A stretch of 64,000 nucleotides of DNA. It comes from Anaerolineae bacterium (GTDB lineage: Bacteria; Chloroflexota; Anaerolineae; Aggregatilineales; JAFGMM01). Position 1 is the stretch's first letter. The number at the start of each line of letters is the position of its first letter. Below are positions 1-10,106 of this stretch, piece after piece. Under the pieces are notes generated by a model. That model ran no database searches, was not told where the DNA came from, and saw nothing but the letters and a program-made list of their open reading frames with translations. The position numbers were made by a program, and so were the translations under genes. The stretch lies in assembly GCA_027494055.1 (NCBI GenBank), contig JAOSJO010000001.1, forward strand, positions 847,005 to 911,004. Reading direction: 5' to 3'.

Positions 1-879
1 GCGGTGCGGGTTGGCGTCGCCAATGCGGTCCGCGTGACCGTGGGCGTCTGGCTCGGCGTGCGGCTGGGTGTATCGGTGGCCGTCAGGGTGACTGTGGCGG
101 TCCAGCCCGGCGTGGCCGATGGCGTCCGCGTGACCGTGGGCGTCTGGCTCGGCGTGCGGCTGGGTGTATCGGTGGTCGTCGGGTTGGATGTGGCGGTCCA
201 GCCCGGCGTGGCCGATGGCGACCGCGTGACCGTGGGCGTCTGGCTCAGTGTCGCGGAGGGCGTGCGCGTCGCGCGCGGTTCGGCGGAGAGCGCGGCGGTC
301 TGTGTGGGCGACGGCGTCCGGGTTGGGGTCGGCGTGCGCGTGGGCGTCGCAGACGGCGTCGGCGAGGGTGTGCGGGTCGGGGTTGGCGAGGCGGTAGCCG
401 TGGCCGATGGCGTGCGGGTCGGACTCGGCGTTGCCGACGGCGTGGCGGTGGGGGTTCGCGTCGCGGTCGGCGTTGTGGTTGCCGTTGCAGTCGGCGTCGG
501 CGATGGTGTGCGCGTCGCGGTCGCCGTTGCGGTCGGCGTCACCGACGGCGTGGGCGTAAGCGTCGCCGTAGGCGACGGCGTCGCTGTGGGCGACGGCGTC
601 ACTGTCGCGGTCGGCGTCTCGGTGGGGGGATAGCAGCGCGATCTGCGGCGCGACCTGGCTGTGATAGGCCCAGATGATGACGCAGCTCGAACCCGCCAGG
701 GCGACGAACAGGAGCAACAGCCGCCACGCGCGCGTTGCGGCCATGCGGCGCATCCGGTAATAGGGCCAGCGCCGGCTGCGTCGATAGTTGAGCGCCAGGT
801 CGAAGAAGGCCAGCAGCGTGAGGACGACCAGGGCGAGTCCGAACCAGGGCAGGAAGGTAGCAAAGAATTCAATCGTCAT
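1..879 (-). CDS. membrane-anchored Pro/Thr-rich repeat protein, N-terminal part (gene runs off the left edge)
   Basis: ATG at 879-877. [26 protein letters not shown]... gives two hydrophobic helices. Past the C6 run at 624-629 the +1 frame reads [19 protein letters not shown]... with no stop to position 1. The literal frame gives a D/A/H-rich reading, the same shadow frame seen for the PT linker at 31190-31450. Confidence 0.5.
   Translation of the reverse strand, partial: MTIEFFATFLPWFGLALVVLTLLAFFDLALNYRRSRRWPYYRMRRMAATRAWRLLLLFVALAGSSCVIIWAYHSQVAPQIALLSPHRDADRDSDAVAHSDAVAYGDAYAHAVGDADRNGDRDAHTIADADCNGNHNADRDANPHRHAVGNAESDPHAIGHGYRLANPDPHTLADAVCDAHAHADPNPDAVAHTDRRALRRTARDAHALRDTEPDAHGHAVAIGHAGLDRHIQPDDHRYTQPHAEPDAHGHADAIGHAGLDRHSHPDGHRYTQPHAEPDAHGHADRIGDANPHR
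37..252. repeat. 96-bp tandem repeat (2 full copies plus a partial third) inside the PT-rich coding region
   Basis: The unit starting ACCGTGGGCGTCTGGCTC recurs at 37, 133 and 229 with few mismatches. It encodes a 32-aa PT-rich unit on the minus strand. Confidence 0.85.
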
Positions 880-957
880 TGCCGGCCATTATAACAACGC
901 CTGTCAACGTGGTATAGTCTGAGCGATTCCCGGCGCAAGCGCCAACAAGGAGCGTGC

Positions 958-1802
958 ATGGCCTTTGAGGTCACCCGCTATACCCGCTATGACCGCGATG
1001 AGGTGCAACAATTGTTCGCCACGAGCCGCCACGCGCATCAGCACCTGGACTGGCGGTCGGTCGAGGGCTGGCTCGACGACCCCGGCAGCACGATCCGCCT
1101 CGCGCGCGCCGGCGCGCGGGTGGTGGGCTGTCTGGCCGCGTGCGCGTCCTACAACGGCGTGAGCTGGCTGCGGCTGATCGCCGTCGCGGACGATCAGAGC
1201 GTCCCGCTCCTGCTGGACGCGATGTGGCCGCAGGTGCGCGCTTCGCTGGCGGACTACAATGTCAGGCAGGTTGGCGTGCTGATCGTGCGCCCGTGGCTTC
1301 TCGCCTACCTGCCGGGCCTGGGCTTCCGCCAGACCAACCGCGTCATCACGTTGGCGCGGACCGGCGCGCGGCTGCCGCCCCGCTGCGCGCCGATCTGCAG
1401 ATCCGCCCGGTGCGGCCTGGGGAGTTCGAGGCCGTGGCTGCGGTGGACAACACCGCCTTCGCGCCGCTGTGGCAGTACTCGGCGCGTGACCTGCAGGACG
1501 CCAGCCGCATCGCGGCGCGCTTCACGCTGGCCGAGTTGAACGGCCGGGTTGTGGGCTACCAGCTTGCGACCGAGTACAAGGACAGCGGGCACATCGTGCG
1601 GCTGGCGACCGTCCCGGAGCTGCAGGGAATGGGCATGGGCGGGATGCTGCTGGGCGAGGTGATCGAGTTCTTCCTGAAGCGCAAGAAAGACGAGGTCACG
1701 GTCAACACGCAGGCCGACAACTATACGTCGCAGCACCTCTACCGTCGCTTCGGCTTCACCCAAACCGGGCACGAATCAGCCGTATGGGTTGCGGCGCTCT
1801 AG
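958..1802 (+). CDS. tandem GNAT-family N-acetyltransferase (frame break near 1377-1380)
   Basis: ORF fragments 958..1539 and 1140..1802 read as one protein. The C-terminal half has an acetyl-CoA-site-like VRLATVPELQGMGMGGMLL and ends HLYRRFGF. The frames join if the C4 run at 1377-1380 is C5 (..RLPPPLRADLQIRPV..). Confidence 0.7.
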
Positions 1803-1817
1803 AGCCTGTTATGCACT

Positions 1818-2607
1818 TTACAAAAGCCCGGCGATCAACTGAACGAAGCGCTGGGCCATCAGGATCGCAAAGGCGAGGAAATGCAAGCCTCTCAGGGTGT
1901 CTGGCAAGCGCTCATAATCACGCGCGAGGCGACGAAACCGGGTCCAGCCAGCCAAAGGAACGTTCGACAACCCAGCGGCGGGGCAAGAGCACAAAGCCCT
2001 TCTTGACGCCGGGCAACTGACGACTTCCAGGTGGATACCTGCATCCGCCGCAGCCTGTTCGGCCTCAGCGCCGGTGTAGCCCTGATCCACAAAGGCCACC
2101 ACAACGGTCTGGCCGGTGCCTCCTGGACCGCCTGCGCCAGGTGCGCCACCTGGGCACGGTCCTGCTCGTCCGCGGCGGTCACGTACAATGCCAGCAGGTG
2201 TCCCAACGTATCCACCGCCATGTGGGTCTTGCCCCTTTGCGTCGTTTGGCGCCATCGTAGCCCGCCCGTCCACCCACTCTCCGGACTGGATTGCGGTGTC
2301 CGGCTATCGAAGATCGCCGCGCTGGGTTGCGCGTTGCGTCCGGCGGCCAGCCGCAGCACCGCGCGCAGGTCATGCACCATCGCCTCAAACACGCCCGCTT
2401 TCAACCAGCGTTGCGCCTGCTGATACACCGCGTGCCAGGGCGGCAAATCGTTGGGCATCATGCGCCATGGTATGCCGCCGCGACGATGTAGCGCAGCCCG
2501 TTGAACACTTCGCGCAGCGGATACGTACGTTGCGGCGCGCCTTCTGTCATCAACGTCAGATAGGGCGCGACAAAGGCCCATTCGTCGTCACTTACGTCAC
2601 TGGGTAG
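1818..2607 (-). pseudogene. IS5-family DDE transposase, reading frame broken at least four times
   Basis: The pieces ..EWAFVAPYLTLMTEGAPQRTYPLREVFNGLRYIV.. / GIPWRMMPNDLPPWHAVYQQAQRWLKAGVFEAM / GYDGAKRRKG / THMAVDTLGHLLALYVTAADEQDR / VVAFVDQGYTG / [25 protein letters not shown] / [12 protein letters not shown] lie in different frames. Several joins sit at short homopolymers. Confidence 0.7.
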
Positions 2608-2678
2608 GGTTTTCGTTCACCATGCCCCCAGTTTAGCGCTTTGCGCTACAAAAGTGCATAACACGTGACCTGCCCGTT

Positions 2679-3854
2679 TTACCGGACAGTCTTGATTTCG
2701 TCGGCATACTGCTGATCGAAAGCGGCAGGGCTGACATAGCCCAAGGATGAGTGCAGCCGCTGGCGGTTGTACCAGACTTCGAGATACTCGAAGATCACCC
2801 GGCGCGCCTCGGCCCGCGTAGCAAAGGGAGCGTCGGCGCACTCGGTCTTCAGGGTGCCGATGAAACTTTCCATCGGTGCATTGTCGTAGCAGTTGCCCAC
2901 GCCGTTCATGCTGACCTGGATGTGATGCTGGGCCAACAGCGTCTGCACCCAGGTGCTGGTGTACTGGCTGCCCTGGTCGGAGTGGTGGAGCAGGTTGCCG
3001 TCGGGGGTGCGGCGACCCAGCGCCATCTGCAAGGCACTCTCAACCAGGGTGGCCCGCAGGTGGTCGGCCATCGCCCAGCCGACGATAGCGCGGCTGAACA
3101 GGTCCAATACCAGCGCCAGATAGAGCCAACCTTCCAGCGTCTCGATGTAGGTGATGTCCGCCACCCATTTCTCATTCGGACGACTGGCGGTGAAGTCTTG
3201 CCCCAGCAGGTTGGGCGCCGCTACCGCCTCGGGCGCACGCTGGGTGGTGCGCGGACGCTTCCGCCACGGCCCCTTGGCCACCAGGCCCGCGCTGCGCATC
3301 AGACGAGCCACCCGCTTGCGCCCCACGCGCAGCCCTTGTTGGCGCAGCGCCGCGTGAATGCGCGGGCTGCCATAGGTCTGGCGGCTGGCGTCATACTCCC
3401 CCCGGATCGCCGCCAACAACGGTTCGTTGGTTTGCTGGCGTGCGCTGGGCGGCCGGTTCAGCCACGCGTAGTAGCCGCTGGGCGATACCCCCAACACCTG
3501 ACACATCCGTCGTACCGCGTACTCTCCTGCATGCCCCGCAATGAAGGCATACTTCAGCCCTCGAGACGACTGAAAATGCTCACCGCTTTTTTTAGGATGT
3601 CGCGCTCCTGCTCGGCAATAGCCAACTGCCGCCGCAACTGCCGCACCTCTGCCTGCGCCGCCGCCAGATCTGTCGGAGCCAGGCTCACCGCGCCCCCTCC
3701 GTCGCACCTGGTAACGGTCGCGCCACTTCAGCAGCAGCCCTTTGGTGATCCCTAGCTCCCGCTCCAGCTGCGCCGCACTCTTGCCACTGTGCATCAGCAG
3801 CTCCAGCGCTTCCAGCTTGAACTCTTGCGTGTACGTCCGATAGCGCTTGTCCAT
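2679..3854 (-). CDS. IS3-family transposase OrfA/OrfAB (HTH + leucine zipper + DDE integrase core)
   Basis: MDKRYRTYTQEFKLEALELL.. HTH begins at ATG 3854 with an AGGAGG RBS. The zipper ..AEVRQLRRQLAIAEQERDILKKAVSIF.. lies in another frame and ends just after the slippery site. The DDE core carries ..WVADITYI..HHSDQGSQYTS..CYDNAPMESF... An extra frame break sits at the C5 run 3693-3697. Confidence 0.85.
   Translation of the reverse strand: MDKRYRTYTQEFKLEALELLMHSGKSAAQLERELGITKGLLLKWRDRYQVRRRGRGEPGSDRSGGGAGRGAAVAAAVGYCRAGARHPKKSGEHFQSSRGLKYAFIAGHAGEYAVRRMCQVLGVSPSGYYAWLNRPPSARQQTNEPLLAAIRGEYDASRQTYGSPRIHAALRQQGLRVGRKRVARLMRSAGLVAKGPWRKRPRTTQRAPEAVAAPNLLGQDFTASRPNEKWVADITYIETLEGWLYLALVLDLFSRAIVGWAMADHLRATLVESALQMALGRRTPDGNLLHHSDQGSQYTSTWVQTLLAQHHIQVSMNGVGNCYDNAPMESFIGTLKTECADAPFATRAEARRVIFEYLEVWYNRQRLHSSLGYVSPAAFDQQYADEIKTVR
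3587..3593 (-). promoter_or_regulatory. A AAA AAA -1 ribosomal frameshift heptamer of the IS3 transposase
   Basis: The minus strand reads CTAAAAAAAGCGG. A -1 slip moves from the OrfA zipper frame (..ILKKAVSIFSRLEG*) into the OrfB frame (..KKSGEHFQSS..). Confidence 0.6.
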
Positions 3855-3921
3855 GGCTCCTCCTGATTTCTCCAGTCTACGACATTTCTTGTGTCCGAGA
3901 AATCGGGGGAAGGTCAACGCT

Positions 3922-4587
3922 CTAGGCGTGCGGGTCGGCGTCATCCGGTAAGGACCTGGCCTCGAGGCTGTCGGCCTCCGGGAAGGGCATGGCTTCGATC
4001 TGAGCCAGCGCCTCGCCCGCGAAGCGACTCAGCAGTTCGAGCAGCGCCTGATCCAGTTCGTCGAAACGCTCGTCGGTGCGCTTGTTGAGGATCTCAATCG
4101 CGCCGAGCACGCGCCCATCGCCGATGAGGGGCGCGGCCACAACCGAGTCGGTGCGGAACGTGAACATCTGGTCCACGAGCGGGGAGAAACGCGGGTCCAC
4201 GTGCACGTCGTTGACGATGCACGACTGCCGGAACTGCACACACCAGCCGGCGATGCCCGTGTCCACCGGGATGCGGTAGCCGACCAGCGCGCCGCGCATG
4301 TCGCCGTGCACCACGGTAAAGACCAGCTCGTCGGTTTCCGTGTCAAGCAACATGATGGAGCCGTCCTTGGCGCGCAGCACCGACAGCGTATTGTACAGGA
4401 TGTTGTCGAGCAGGCTGAGCACGTTGCCATCTGGCGTGAACCGGTCTGCCACCGCCGCCAGATCGAGCAGCGTCATCACGAACTCGCGCAGGTCGGCGAG
4501 CAGCTCGTGGAGTTCGCGGTTCTCCGTCTTGAGCCGCGCGTTCTCGGAAGTCAAGAAGCGTATCGCATCAACGGACGGATCGGCCAT
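3922..4587 (-). CDS. GAF domain-containing protein with N-terminal coiled coil
   Basis: Intact 221-aa ORF with a GGGAGG RBS. The core DGSIMLLD..ELVFTVVHGD..GIAGWC..VNDV..DPRF..SVVAAPL..GVLGAIEILNK looks GAF-like. Confidence 0.7.
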   Translation of the reverse strand: MADPSVDAIRFLTSENARLKTENRELHELLADLREFVMTLLDLAAVADRFTPDGNVLSLLDNILYNTLSVLRAKDGSIMLLDTETDELVFTVVHGDMRGALVGYRIPVDTGIAGWCVQFRQSCIVNDVHVDPRFSPLVDQMFTFRTDSVVAAPLIGDGRVLGAIEILNKRTDERFDELDQALLELLSRFAGEALAQIEAMPFPEADSLEARSLPDDADPHA

Positions 4588-4626
4588 TGCGCTACCTCCC
4601 GTCGCCCGGTCGCGGAACCTCGCCGG

Positions 4627-5053
4627 CTACTCTCCGTAGGTGACGGGCCGCCCGTCGGCGACCCAGGCGGTCATCCCGCCATACAGTTCGTACAGATGGC
4701 TGAAGCCCATCTCACTGAGGAGGGCCAGCGCCTCCCTTGCTGCGGTTGCCGTTCTGGCACAGCACGACAATCTCGTCTTCCAGATTGAGTTCGCGCGCGG
4801 CGCGTTCGTCCAGTTCCTCCAGCGGGATGAACCGCGCGCCTTCGATGTGGCCCTCGTCCGTCCATTCGGAAAGCTCGCGCACGTCCAGGATGATGGCGCC
4901 GCCTCTGCTGATCCGTTCCTGGACCTGGGCCGCCGTCAGCACCACCGGGATGATGGGCGTCGAGAGGGCGCGCGGCGTGGGGGTTGGCGACGGCGCGCAC
5001 GCCGCCAGGAAAAGCGCGACGATGATCAGGTTGGCGAGTTTGCGTGTTGGCAC
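4627..5053 (-). CDS. rhodanese-domain lipoprotein (frame break at 4734-4736)
   Basis: GTG start with RBS and lipobox LFLAAC. The rhodanese loop is VVLCQNGNRS. The C-terminus KEALALLSEMGFSHLYELYGGMTAWVADGRPVTYGE* is recovered by removing one base from the run. Confidence 0.75.
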
Positions 5054-5084
5054 GCCCTAATCCTCTCCTCAACGCCTGTGCGGG

Positions 5085-6234
5085 TCAATCCTGCTCCGGG
5101 TTGCCGTCCCACCATTCGCCGCTGAAGATCAGCCAGTCCTCATCATTGTCGCCGAGCGCGCCGGCCGGCACCCAGTCGGGCATCTGCTCGAACATCAGGT
5201 CCAGCGACCCCTCGACCAGACGCCGGTTGCCGCCATCGACATTCATCACCACGAGGTCATTGGCGTTTTCCAGCGGATTCTCCTCATCGTCGCTGGGCGC
5301 GATCACGGCGAAGGCGAACCGCGTGCCATCCGGCGACCATGCCGGCATGAGATCGGCCTCGGTGCCCTGGCTCACGATTGTCTCCGCGCCGCCCTCAAGC
5401 GGGATGGTCATGATGTCGATGTCGCCGATGGGGATGTTGGCGATGCTCCAGTCCTCGTTGCGGTGCCGGTAGAACGCCACGGTCGTGCCGTCCGGGGAGA
5501 TGCGCGGGTTGAAGTCGCCGAAGATGTAGTTTTCGCTCTGTTTGTCGATGTTCGGGAAGGTCAACTGGCGCACGTTCGTGCTGCACGCCTCCAGGTCCGC
5601 GAGGTCGCAGTCCATCGCCCAGATCGCCTGCAAGGTCGGCGGGGTGTTCTCGTCCTCGATGGGCAGCAGGATCGCCACGATGGTGGTGCCCGCCCAGCTT
5701 GGATCGACCTCGATGATGTTGGGCGTATTAGTGATGTTGACCACGTTCTCGCCGTAGAGGTCCATCACAAACAGGTCGTACCGGTAATCTTCGTTGTCGC
5801 GGTCAGAGGCGAAGAGGATATGCGCGCCGTCAGGCGCCCAGGTCGGCGTCGTGTCCACCCGGTCGTTGGTGGTGAGCAGGCGCGCCTCGCTGCCATCCAC
5901 GCGCATGATGCCGATTTCGGTGCCTTTGATGTCCGCCTGATTCGCATAACCGTCGTCGTTCTCGTCGGAGGCGTACTCGACATAGACCACCCACTCACCA
6001 TCAGGCGAGACGCGGAGGTAGTTGCGCAGCCGGTTGCCGCCGTAGATTTGCCGCATCTCCGAAGCATCGACCGGGGCGAGAAAGACTCCGTAGCGCCCTG
6101 GCAGCCGCTCGCCGGCCTGGTCCATGCGCGCCAGTTCGGTCGCGACCGCCGGCGGCGGGGGTGGGCGCAACGGGCGCGCAACTGGCGGCAAGCAAGATCA
6201 ATAGCAGGGCAAGGAAGATCAAAGATTTTTTCAT
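5085..6234 (-). CDS. TolB-like beta-propeller (PD40 repeat) secreted protein (frame break near 6165-6180)
   Basis: The signal peptide MKKSLIFLALLLILLAASC (ATG 6234) is in a different frame from the body 5085..6191. Repeated PD40 motifs are present: VSPDGEWVVY, WAPDGAHILFASDR, ISPDGTTVAFY, WSPDGTRFAF. Confidence 0.7.
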
Positions 6235-6332
6235 TGAAGGTCCTATCTTAAGCGCAGGGGAAAAAAGCGCCGGAGGCCGTGAGCGCCTCCGGCCTGGTTG
6301 CATCGGGCGCAAAGCCGGCAGCGCGCACCGGG

Positions 6333-6635
6333 TTAAAGCTGGAAGCTCCCCGTTGCGCGCACGATCTTCTGTTCATAGTTGTTGACGTATTGCAACAGCC
6401 GGCTGTGCAGGTCAGACCACTCCTCGCTGTTGAGGATGCGCCGCATGGTGTCGAGGTCCTTGGTGATGCCGGCGGTCATGATCTGCGGGCAGTCGCCGTA
6501 CTGGGTGTACCATGACTCGGTTGGCTGCATTCCTAAGCGGGTGATACCGGGCACCCACTCACGCACCAGAAACTCAAAGTACTCTTGGTCGCGCCCTTGT
6601 TGGATGTCCCACGTCATCAACAACTTTATCTGCAT
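6333..6635 (-). CDS. hypothetical small protein (about 100 aa)
   Basis: Open frame MQIKLLMTWDIQQGRDQEYFEFLVREW.. with coding-like codon usage, directly downstream of the hydrolase gene. I recognise no family. Confidence 0.4.
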   Translation of the reverse strand: MQIKLLMTWDIQQGRDQEYFEFLVREWVPGITRLGMQPTESWYTQYGDCPQIMTAGITKDLDTMRRILNSEEWSDLHSRLLQYVNNYEQKIVRATGSFQL

Positions 6636-6662
6636 GACCTGTCCCTTGGAACTACAATGCAA

Positions 6663-7318
6663 TCACGATTCGGATTGGCTCTTGTGGGCTAACACAACCA
6701 CCTGAGTCTGTTCCGGCAACTGGCTGCGCGTGATTTTCAGCGACTCCTCTTCCTGGGGGTTGGTGACCCCCATCTCCTTGAGGAACTTGCTCACGGGCGC
6801 GAGCTTGAGGTTGAGTTCTGGCGTCTTGTAGTGCATGGGAATGACGATGCTCGGTTCCAGCAGGCTGATGACTTCCGCCGCCTTGGCCGAGTCGAGGCCG
6901 TTGCCGCCCCCGACCGGCACCAGGACCACGTCCACCGCGCCAAGCTGGTCAACTTCCGACTGGCTGGGCACATAGTTGAGGTCGCCCAGGTGCAGCACGG
7001 TGAGTCCGTCGTAATCGAAAACGTAGACCACGTTGGGGACGATGTTGTCTTTTTGCGCTGGTTCGGGTTGACCATCGCCGCGCCGATCACGAACACGCCG
7101 CCGATTTCGTACTCGCCCGGCCCTGTGATCGTGCGCTGGACGCCGCGCACCACCTTGACGTTGTTGTGGCCGGGGGCGTCATGGCTGACCGTAACGATGT
7201 CGGCGCGCACTTTCAGCGGCGGGTAGCCGACGCTCTCGTCGAAGGGGTCAGTGACGACGCTGGCCTGTCCGCGCTCGGTCAGGCGGAAACAACTCAACCC
7301 GTGCCAGGTAATCTCCAT
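6663..7318 (-). CDS. metallo-beta-lactamase-fold hydrolase (UPF0173-like), frame break at T5/A5 run 7050-7054
   Basis: Fragments 6791..7318 (MEITWHGLSCFRL..VTVSHDAPGHNN..) and 6663..7031 (..VVYVFDYDGLTVLHLGDL..VLVPVGG..) join as ..NPNQRKKDNIVPNVVYVFDYDG.. if the A run has one more base. Confidence 0.75.
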
Positions 7319-7470
7319 AGGTGCCTACGTGCCCTGTTCCTTACATACTAGCGACAATGCCTGTGGCAAAAGAAGTGGACGGATTATACCTTACGCGACA
7401 CACGGCGCAAAAGCGCCCTGCGCGGTCTGGCTGCCCACCGCTTTCGCGCCGCCTGAGCGAGAAGCGTGTT

Positions 7471-7599
7471 AACCACGAATAACGCGAATTACGCCAATAA
7501 TTGCGATAGAGTCCGCGCCCTTCACAGCGTCTTGCTGCCTCTGGGCTATGGGTCCCCTGATAGTCTTCTGAATTCGTGTTTTTCGCGCTATTCGCGGTT
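7471..7599. repeat. family-1 palindromic intergenic element (CACGAAT / ATTCGTG arms)
   Basis: The left arm AACCACGAATAACGCGAATTACGCCAAT and right arm GAATTCGTGTTTTTCGCGCTATTCGCGGTT are inverted. The outer 18 nt match at 16 of 18. The element lies just downstream of comEC. Confidence 0.7.
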
Positions 7600-7645
7600 C
7601 AATTCTTATCAACGATAACTGAAGAGTGGCCGGCCTGCCGCCCGT

Positions 7646-10007
7646 CTATGATCCGCGTTCGGCGGTGATCCACAGCCTCGCGCCGTCGGTGGCGAACTCC
7701 ACAGCGCCGTGCCGGTCGGTGCGGTAGACGGGCGTGGCGTCGCCGAGACGCGCCAGCGCTTCCGGCGCGGGGTAGCCCTGCCGGTTGCCGGGCGCGACCT
7801 GGACCACCGCAACCTGCGGCGCGACCGCTTCGAGGAACGCCGGGCTGGAGGCCCGCGCCGACCCGTGATAGGGCAGTTGCAGCACCGTCGCGCCGCACCA
7901 CTCGCCGGCGCGCAGCATCGCCGCTTCTGCCCCCGCCACGAGGTCGGGCGTGAGCAGGAACGCCGCGTCGCGGTAGGTGAGGCGCAGCGCCATGCCGGTC
8001 TCGTTGGGGTCGGCTCCCGCCGAGGGCCGCGCCGCCGGATGCAGGACCTCCAGGCGCACGCCGTCGCTGAACGTCACGGCGTATCCTGCCGAGACGGTCA
8101 CGGCTGGCGTGCCCGACGCCCGCAGCGCCGTTTGAAACGCGCGCCACGCCTCGGTCGTGCCGGGTTGTCCTGTCGTGAGCACGGCGCGCACGCCATACCG
8201 CTCCAGCACAGCGGGGAGGGCAGCCATGGCGGCGTCTTTGGGCTGCGACACGACCAGCAGCTCCAGTTCCCGATCCCACAGCGGCATCCGGTCGCCGAGC
8301 GCGGTCAGCAGCCGCGTGGGTGACGCCCCGCCGTCCACGAGAATCTGCGCTCCCTGGGGCGTGCGGATGAAGACCGCGTGGTCGCCGCCTACGTCCAGAA
8401 ACGCGACGCGGAGCAACCCATCCGGCAGGCTGGCGACGCTCACCCAGACCAGGCCGGCAAGCGCCAGCCCCACCACCGCCACGCCGACGCGCGGGACGCG
8501 CGCCCGGTGGGTGTGGAGCCGCGCGCGCATCCCGCGCAGCCGCTCCGGGCGTGTCGCCGCGAGGATGGCCCAGGCGACCAGCGCCGCGTAATAGAGCGCC
8601 ACGATCCGCCCATCGAGGGCGGTTTCGACGCTGGCCCAGGGCAGCCGCGCGAAGAGGCGCACCACTTCGATAGTCCACGTCAGCAGCAGCCAGTCGGCCC
8701 AGAAGAGCGGCGCAGCGATGGCCGGCGCGAGAAACCCCGCCAGGGTCGCGCCCGCGCCAAGCAGCATCAACGGGGCCTGGACGGGGATAATGAGGAAGTT
8801 GACGAAAAACGAGGCGAGCGACAGCCGGCCGAAGTAGAGCGCGATGAGCGGGATGGTCGTGATTTGCGCCGCCAGCGTGACGATGAGCGGCTCGGAGAGG
8901 ATGCTGACGATGCGCTCGGCGGCGGTGGTGGGGAACAGGGGCGCGAGCGCCCGGCGGAAGCCTTGCTCCAGCGGCGTGACGAACAGCGCCATCCCCATGA
9001 CCGCCGCGAAGCTGAGCTGAAACCCGACATCCCAGAGCACGAACGGGTTGGCGAGCGTCATCAGCAGCGCGGCGAAAGCCAGCGAGGCCGGCACGTAGGT
9101 CCGCCGCCCCAGCAACGGCGCGACGATCAGCAGGCTGCTCATGATGGCCGCGCGCACCACCCGGGGTCAGCACCGACGAACGCGGTGTAGAGCGCAATGC
9201 CCGCGATGCCAGCGACCGCCGCCGCGCGCCGCGAGGGGATGAGCTGCCGCGTCACGCGGGAGATCACCATCGCGAGCACCGTCATGTTGAAGCCGGAGAT
9301 GGCGATGACGTGCGTCGCGCCGACCGCGTTGAAATCGTCGCGCAGGTCGGGCGCGATGCCGCTCTCCACGCCGAGGAGGATGCCGCTCAGCAGGGAGGAC
9401 GACGGCTCCGGCAGCGCGCCGTCGATGGTGTCCTCGGCGCGCACGCGCAGGTCGAAGAGCACGCTCTGCCCTGCGTTCCCGGCGACGGTCACCCGCGCGT
9501 TCGGGACCATGGTAGGCGACGCCCTGCCGGGCGAGGTAGTCGCGGTACGAGAAGTCGTCGAACTCCGGCGGGGTGAGCAGTTGGCCGGAGACGGTCACGC
9601 GGTCGCCGTGGGCGTATCCACCGTAGCGGGGGCCTGGACCAGCGCCACGCCCGTTACCGGTTGACGCGGGTTGTCGAGCCACGTCGCGGCGACGCGCAGG
9701 TTGACGTGGCTGTCGCGCACGTCGGGCGCGTCGACGATCACGCCGCTAAAGTATGCCAGCCGCTGTCGTTGTGGGAAGCCAGATGGCCGGCGTCGATGGT
9801 GGGGCGCGCGGCGTCGAAGCGAATTGCGCCCAGCGCCCCGGCCAGCAGGCAGGCGAGCGCCAGCCGGTACGCCGGCGCGCGCCGCGCCAGCCACATCCCC
9901 AGCGCGCCCAGGCCGGCGAGCGCCCACCACACCGGGGACGGCTGCACAGTCGAGGAGGCGAGCACCAGCCCCGCGCACCATGCGAGCGCGATGTAGACGA
10001 GAGTCAT
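7646..10007 (-). CDS. comEC: DNA internalization competence protein ComEC/Rec2 (four frame breaks)
   Basis: Fragments 9738..10007, 9595..9981, 9167..9682, 9139..9510 and 7646..9160 read consecutively. They give N-terminal TM helices, a competence domain (..GATHVIAISGFNMTVLA..) and a C-terminal MBL domain (..VAFLDVGGDHAVFIRTPQG..LQLPYHGS..). Breaks are near 9757, 9628-9632, 9512 and 9160-9162. Confidence 0.8.
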
Positions 10008-10029
10008 GCGCGATTCAGAGGAAAAGAAA

Positions 10030-10101
10030 AACCACGAAAAACACAGATAACACGAATTATACAGATCAAATCATTCGTGTCCATTCGTGTTATTCGTGGT
10101 T
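10030..10101. repeat. family-1 palindromic intergenic element
   Basis: AACCACGAAAAACACAGATAACACGAAT ... ATTCGTGTCCATTCGTGTTATTCGTGGTT. The arms are built of about 9-nt ACACGAAT-like units. It lies between the uvrB stop and the comEC start. Confidence 0.7.
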
Positions 10102-10106
10102 AAGTC

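Larger units (their letters stand above)
2666..3916 (-). mobile_element. IS3-family insertion sequence (1251 bp)
   Basis: The ends are TG...CA, with imperfect terminal inverted repeats of about 26 bp (TGACCTGCCCGTTTTACCGGACAG vs TGACCTTCCCCCGATTTCTCGGACAC). The 3-bp direct repeat ACG flanks it at 2663-2665 and 3917-3919. Confidence 0.85.
1802..3922. mobile_element. IS5-family (IS427/IS1031-like) insertion sequence carrying a nested IS3-family element
   Basis: The left end GAGCCTGTTATGCACTTT (1802-1819) matches the reverse complement of the right end AAAGTGCATAACACG(2651-2665)+CTC(3920-3922) at 17 of 18 positions. TA is duplicated on both flanks (1800-1801, 3923-3924) within an original CTAG. 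About 867 bp without the nested IS. Confidence 0.75.

Noticed and set aside
4-633. GV-rich 209-aa plus-strand ORF
   Set aside because: It is the antisense reading of the PT-rich repeat region. It has no start context and no hydrophobic or structured pattern beyond the repeat itself.
958-1802. Two overlapping GNAT genes (958..1539 and 1140..1802)
   Set aside because: The overlap portions translate to Arg/Ala-rich nonsense. The meaningful parts abut at the C run 1377-1380, so this is one frame-broken gene.
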